This document shows, piece by piece, positions 16,469 to 20,000 of a DNA stretch of 20,000 bases. The stretch comes from an uncultured virus (IMG/VR IMGVR_UViG_3300030108_000125) (lineage: Duplodnaviria; Heunggongvirae; Uroviricota; Caudoviricetes), in the IMG/VR virus record IMGVR_UViG_3300030108_000125, positions 47,529-67,528 of that record. One strand, 5' to 3'. Position 1 is the stretch's first letter, and each line of letters starts with the position of its first letter. Both the position numbers and the translations under genes were made by a program. The notes below the pieces were generated by a model. It was not told the origin of the DNA, ran no database searches, and saw nothing but the letters and a program-made list of their open reading frames with translations.

Positions 16469-18637
16469 CTACCTTCTTGTGTTTGTGCCGTACTCTAATG
16501 TCACCGTGTCAAGTGAAAAAGGTGGGTCTTGACTGTCACTTCTAAATTGAATTGCTGTTGTAAATCCTGTGCCTACTGTTTGAGTGTTAAATAAGTTCTG
16601 AACTTTACCTCCGAAAGTAGAACCTGCGTTTGTTATTCTAACACTACTTATTGTTTCTGTCAAGGCGTTACTTATAGTTATTGTTGTACTATCTATATTA
16701 GTTATAGTAGTTCCGCTTGGTATGCCTGTGCCAGCAATACTATCTCCTACTTCCATATTAGTATTAGCTGCTACAGTTATACTTGTTGCACCGCTAGATC
16801 CTGATCCTGTTGTTGCAAACTTGGCGTATGTTTGTACACCAAAGAAAGCTATCTGTGATACTGTGTTTGTAAAGTCAATAGCTGCAGGTTGCACAGAATT
16901 TAATTCGTCAAAGTCAAACTTTAAATTAAACTTAAAATTAACTGCCCCTTGTGGATCTGTAAACAAGTTAGCTTTGTAAATTGTTTTACGCACTCTTGGG
17001 TCGTTTAGTGGTAAAAACGGAGATAGATATTCTGCTTCTATATTAGAGCCATCAAAGCTATTACCGTCTTCCATCTGATAAAGAAAACCATTATCTGAAG
17101 AGAATAATATTTTTTCAGTTGCCCCTACCATCTTACTATTAGCAGAGAAAACTCTTATACCTCGTATCTCTGCAAACTGAAAGTCTGCACCTCCCTGTGG
17201 CGAAAACTGTGTAGCAACTACTCCTTTTGCTGCATCGTCTTGCTGTCCTGCAACATAAGAAAACAATCTGTATTGCGACTTAGCTCTAACAACTAAACTA
17301 GAAAAAGAGTTACCTGTTCTAATAAAATCTCCTAGTGTGCTCTGTATAGATTTAGAAACAATACCTAAACCAAAGTCACCAATACGATCAGTAGCACCTA
17401 AGAGCCTTAAACCATCAGCAGTGAGAAACATAACATCCCCACCTATCTCTTGTATGCTATCACCATCAATACAACCAATATCTTCACTTATAGGTTTTAA
17501 TACAAAGTCAGACAGTGTGCTACCAGATATTTGTTGTATAGTCTTGTCTGTGAATATTATAAGAGATTCTCTAAATACTATTAGACCTGTAACATTACCA
17601 CCAACTCTAAAGCTACCAGCACCATTTCCAGAAGTAAAATCGTTATCTAATAATGGGCCTGTAAATGTAACCACATCATTTTTACCAAAAAATAAGTGTG
17701 TTTTAAAACTAGTTACATGTGTTGCAGATATAACATCTGAGGGTGCTCCTGTTAGTTCTACAAAACTAGTGCCATTATATAGTGCAGGTGGATTAGCTGC
17801 ATCAACTATTGCAACTTTACGTGTTCCTGTGAAGTTATATTCTGCAAAGCGTGTCTTTCCTGCACCCTCTCTATTTAAACTAATAAATGTTACAGCAGCA
17901 TTATCAGCAGGAGTAGAAGCTAGATTAGGAGCTATAGCTAAGGTTTGACCACCAGTGCCTCCTGCAGCAGAAGTAACAGTGTATACTTTGTCAAGACCAG
18001 CTACTGTAAATATATCACCTGCTTGTGGTGCTACAGTCAATCCATCTACAGCTAAGTTACCACCTGAGTTAGACCCACCGTTTACTAATACAGTGCCATA
18101 TGCAGGGACGTTAATTTTAGTAAAGCCATCACCTGATGTTTTATATAAGTCTGAGTTTAGTGCAACTAAAACATCATCACCAAAAACTTCTACACCTTGT
18201 GTTTTGTATGCGGTAGCGTATGTCTTAAATGTTAAAGCTGCTGCATTTGCAGGACTAGAATCTAATGCAGGACTTATAGTAAGTGCTGTTGTGTTATTAG
18301 TAGCGTTAAAACTAACAGCACCTATAGTGTATGTTCCATCTATTCCTGCTACTGTAAATGTATCTCCTACAACAGGAGTAGTGTGCGTTCTTGAAACATT
18401 TAGCGTTGTGCCTGTTTGACTTGCACCATTAACAACTGCTAGTCCATAAGGTGGTATTTTGTTTGGATCAAACTTAGAGAACCCAAGTATTCGTCTGTAT
18501 CCACCTACAATAGAAGGCTCAAAGTTTGTTAGTCTAATTGCAGAGCCAGGCATGTTAAGACCCTGCTGCAAGGGACTAAGGTTTGTTACAAGCCCTCCTT
18601 TAATCTCAACAGGAAATGTTTGTCTTTTAGTTGGCAT
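16469..18637 (-). CDS. Tail nozzle / tail tubular B / stabilisation-like protein, copy A
   Basis: 722 aa between the adaptor-like gene and the fibre. GGLVTNLSP...NFEPSIVGGYRRILGF N-terminus. Propeller-like motifs FKTHLFFG, VTGLIVFRESLIIF and IGCIDGDSIQEIGGDVMFLTADGLR. Confidence 0.78.
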   Translation of the reverse strand: MPTKRQTFPVEIKGGLVTNLSPLQQGLNMPGSAIRLTNFEPSIVGGYRRILGFSKFDPNKIPPYGLAVVNGASQTGTTLNVSRTHTTPVVGDTFTVAGIDGTYTIGAVSFNATNNTTALTISPALDSSPANAAALTFKTYATAYKTQGVEVFGDDVLVALNSDLYKTSGDGFTKINVPAYGTVLVNGGSNSGGNLAVDGLTVAPQAGDIFTVAGLDKVYTVTSAAGGTGGQTLAIAPNLASTPADNAAVTFISLNREGAGKTRFAEYNFTGTRKVAIVDAANPPALYNGTSFVELTGAPSDVISATHVTSFKTHLFFGKNDVVTFTGPLLDNDFTSGNGAGSFRVGGNVTGLIVFRESLIIFTDKTIQQISGSTLSDFVLKPISEDIGCIDGDSIQEIGGDVMFLTADGLRLLGATDRIGDFGLGIVSKSIQSTLGDFIRTGNSFSSLVVRAKSQYRLFSYVAGQQDDAAKGVVATQFSPQGGADFQFAEIRGIRVFSANSKMVGATEKILFSSDNGFLYQMEDGNSFDGSNIEAEYLSPFLPLNDPRVRKTIYKANLFTDPQGAVNFKFNLKFDFDELNSVQPAAIDFTNTVSQIAFFGVQTYAKFATTGSGSSGATSITVAANTNMEVGDSIAGTGIPSGTTITNIDSTTITISNALTETISSVRITNAGSTFGGKVQNLFNTQTVGTGFTTAIQFRSDSQDPPFSLDTVTLEYGTNTRR

Positions 18638-18640
18638 GTT

Positions 18641-19585
18641 TTACAAAACCCTGCTAGGTAACATCTTTGTATTTAGAGTTCTAACATTAACAACACTTGA
18701 CCTAATGTAGTCGTATCTGTTTATGTAAAGAGTACGCATATGTTTAATGCCATCCTCAAATGCTTCTTTTAGAACAAGAGCTTCTTGTGTTTCACCTCTA
18801 AACATATAACTTGTGTACATTGCACCATCAACGATTACGTATCTAAACTGCACAGGTAAACTAGGTACATCTGTTGCAGAAGATAAATCAGTTGGTAGCT
18901 TGAAGTAGTCAAACTGTAAGACATATTGTTTGTCAGGATAAGGGTACAGTAAGTAATTATTGTCAGGTGTTCTTACTATAGCTCTAGGAGATTCACCCTC
19001 AGAAAACTGTGTTACTGTTGTGCTATTAGCTATAGCTGCTGCTGTTGTGCTGTTAGCACCTCTAGTGCATCCTGTAAAGTCATTGCCAGATATACCTGTG
19101 TAAGTAATCTGCTCACCGCCTATATGCAGTGTTCCTGTTGAAGAAAAATCTGTAGTGGATGCAACAGTTATTGTTGTTACAGAAGCAGACAAACCAGAGG
19201 AAGCGTTGACAGTTGTAGATACAATGTCATCCTCTTGGTTTGCGTAATCTCTTGAGATGTATTCTTTGTAGTCTAGTATATCTAAACTATTGCCTAGTGA
19301 GTTTAAATCTGTGTCTTTTTTAATTCTAGCTGTAGAGTAATCCACAGACTTTGCATCTGTAGGTATTGAATATCTTACAACACCTGGTGTAAGTGTTTTT
19401 GTTTCTGTGTCGTGATTAAACGGAAAGCCAAATTCGTGTTGATTAATATACCTTATAGATGAGTTAATAGCATCTTTTACCATTGCATATTCACCAATGG
19501 CAGAGTCAAAATTACTAGATGTAAGTTCTACTTCGTTTAGTCTTCTGTTAACATCGTTGACTAAACCTAGATAATTATATGCCAT
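18641..19585 (-). CDS. Head-to-tail adaptor / tail tubular A-like protein with an inserted beta domain
   Basis: MAYNYLGLVNDVNRRLNE helical start, then VKDAINSSIRYINQHEFGFPF and LYPYPDKQYVLQFDYF...LPVQFRYVIVDGA. AAGGA RBS. Lies upstream of the nozzle-like gene. Confidence 0.78.
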   Translation of the reverse strand: MAYNYLGLVNDVNRRLNEVELTSSNFDSAIGEYAMVKDAINSSIRYINQHEFGFPFNHDTETKTLTPGVVRYSIPTDAKSVDYSTARIKKDTDLNSLGNSLDILDYKEYISRDYANQEDDIVSTTVNASSGLSASVTTITVASTTDFSSTGTLHIGGEQITYTGISGNDFTGCTRGANSTTAAAIANSTTVTQFSEGESPRAIVRTPDNNYLLYPYPDKQYVLQFDYFKLPTDLSSATDVPSLPVQFRYVIVDGAMYTSYMFRGETQEALVLKEAFEDGIKHMRTLYINRYDYIRSSVVNVRTLNTKMLPSRVL

Positions 19586-19610
19586 TATAATATCCTTGGT
19601 AAGTTGTTTA

Positions 19611-19635
19611 AGGGGCCAGCGCTGGGCCAGCCCCT
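19611..19635 (-). terminator. GC-rich intergenic stem-loop (weak terminator or mRNA-stabilising hairpin)
   Basis: Minus-strand AGGGGCTGGC-CCAGC-GCTGGCCCCT gives a 10-bp stem with two G:U pairs, 7 nt after the upstream stop. There is no long U tract. Confidence 0.5.
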
Positions 19636-19642
19636 AAAGTAG

Positions 19643-20000
19643 TTATGCGAGTAGATCACGATCCACTTCGTTAGCAGAGCCAGACTGTGAGACATCATCC
19701 ATCAATACGCATACTGCGTAAACACGAATAATACCACCAGTGATGGTTCCACCTGACGCATGAATCTCTACGTCAATAGTATCTGCTGATGCAGTAAATA
19801 CAGGTAAGTTAGAACATACACCTGACGATGTGATAGCAGGAGTATGATCCCCTACTGATGCACCATCAAGGTCAAATGATGCAGCAAAGATGTCTACATC
19901 TGTTCCTGTAATACCGACATGGATAGCAGAGTCAGTGGTAGTACCTGCCATTGCAGTGACAACTTTAAATCCTGCATGTAGGATCAAAGTGTTTGCAGGG
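19643..20000 (-). CDS. 5'-truncated beta-rich protein, putative capsid decoration/minor structural protein
   Basis: The frame is open to the window edge (PANTLILHAGFKVVTA...). All-beta pattern. Followed by a hairpin and then the adaptor-like gene. The function is inferred from position. Confidence 0.65.
   Translation of the reverse strand, partial: PANTLILHAGFKVVTAMAGTTTDSAIHVGITGTDVDIFAASFDLDGASVGDHTPAITSSGVCSNLPVFTASADTIDVEIHASGGTITGGIIRVYAVCVLMDDVSQSGSANEVDRDLLA

Noticed and set aside
15875..18710. Long plus-strand ORFs (15875-16453, 17337-17948, 17955-18419 and others)
   Set aside because: Antisense shadows of strongly codon-biased minus-strand structural genes, with no recognisable motifs.

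Overview
The window is a virion-structure and lysis region of a tailed dsDNA phage, probably a short-tailed marine podovirus-like phage. All credible genes are on the minus strand and tightly coupled by TAATG/ATGA overlaps. In transcription order (right to left): a truncated putative capsid-associated protein, a GC-rich hairpin, a head-tail adaptor-like protein, a 722-aa nozzle/stabilisation-like protein, and a long modular tail fibre with a C-terminal S74-type chaperone, broken by two 10-N scaffold gaps. Next come about nine small, mostly membrane or secreted proteins including a holin candidate, and an M15-family endolysin. These are followed by a second, sequence-unrelated 714-aa nozzle-like protein, three small genes, and a giant ORF (>1765 aa, 5296 to beyond base 1) missing from the ORF track. 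The giant ORF looks like an ejection protein with a lambda-lysozyme-like domain and a 46-aa tandem repeat array. The main oddity is two apparently different tail-hub modules either side of one tail fibre, which is either a natural mosaic or a chimeric scaffold. All family calls are from motif recognition by eye, not database searches.
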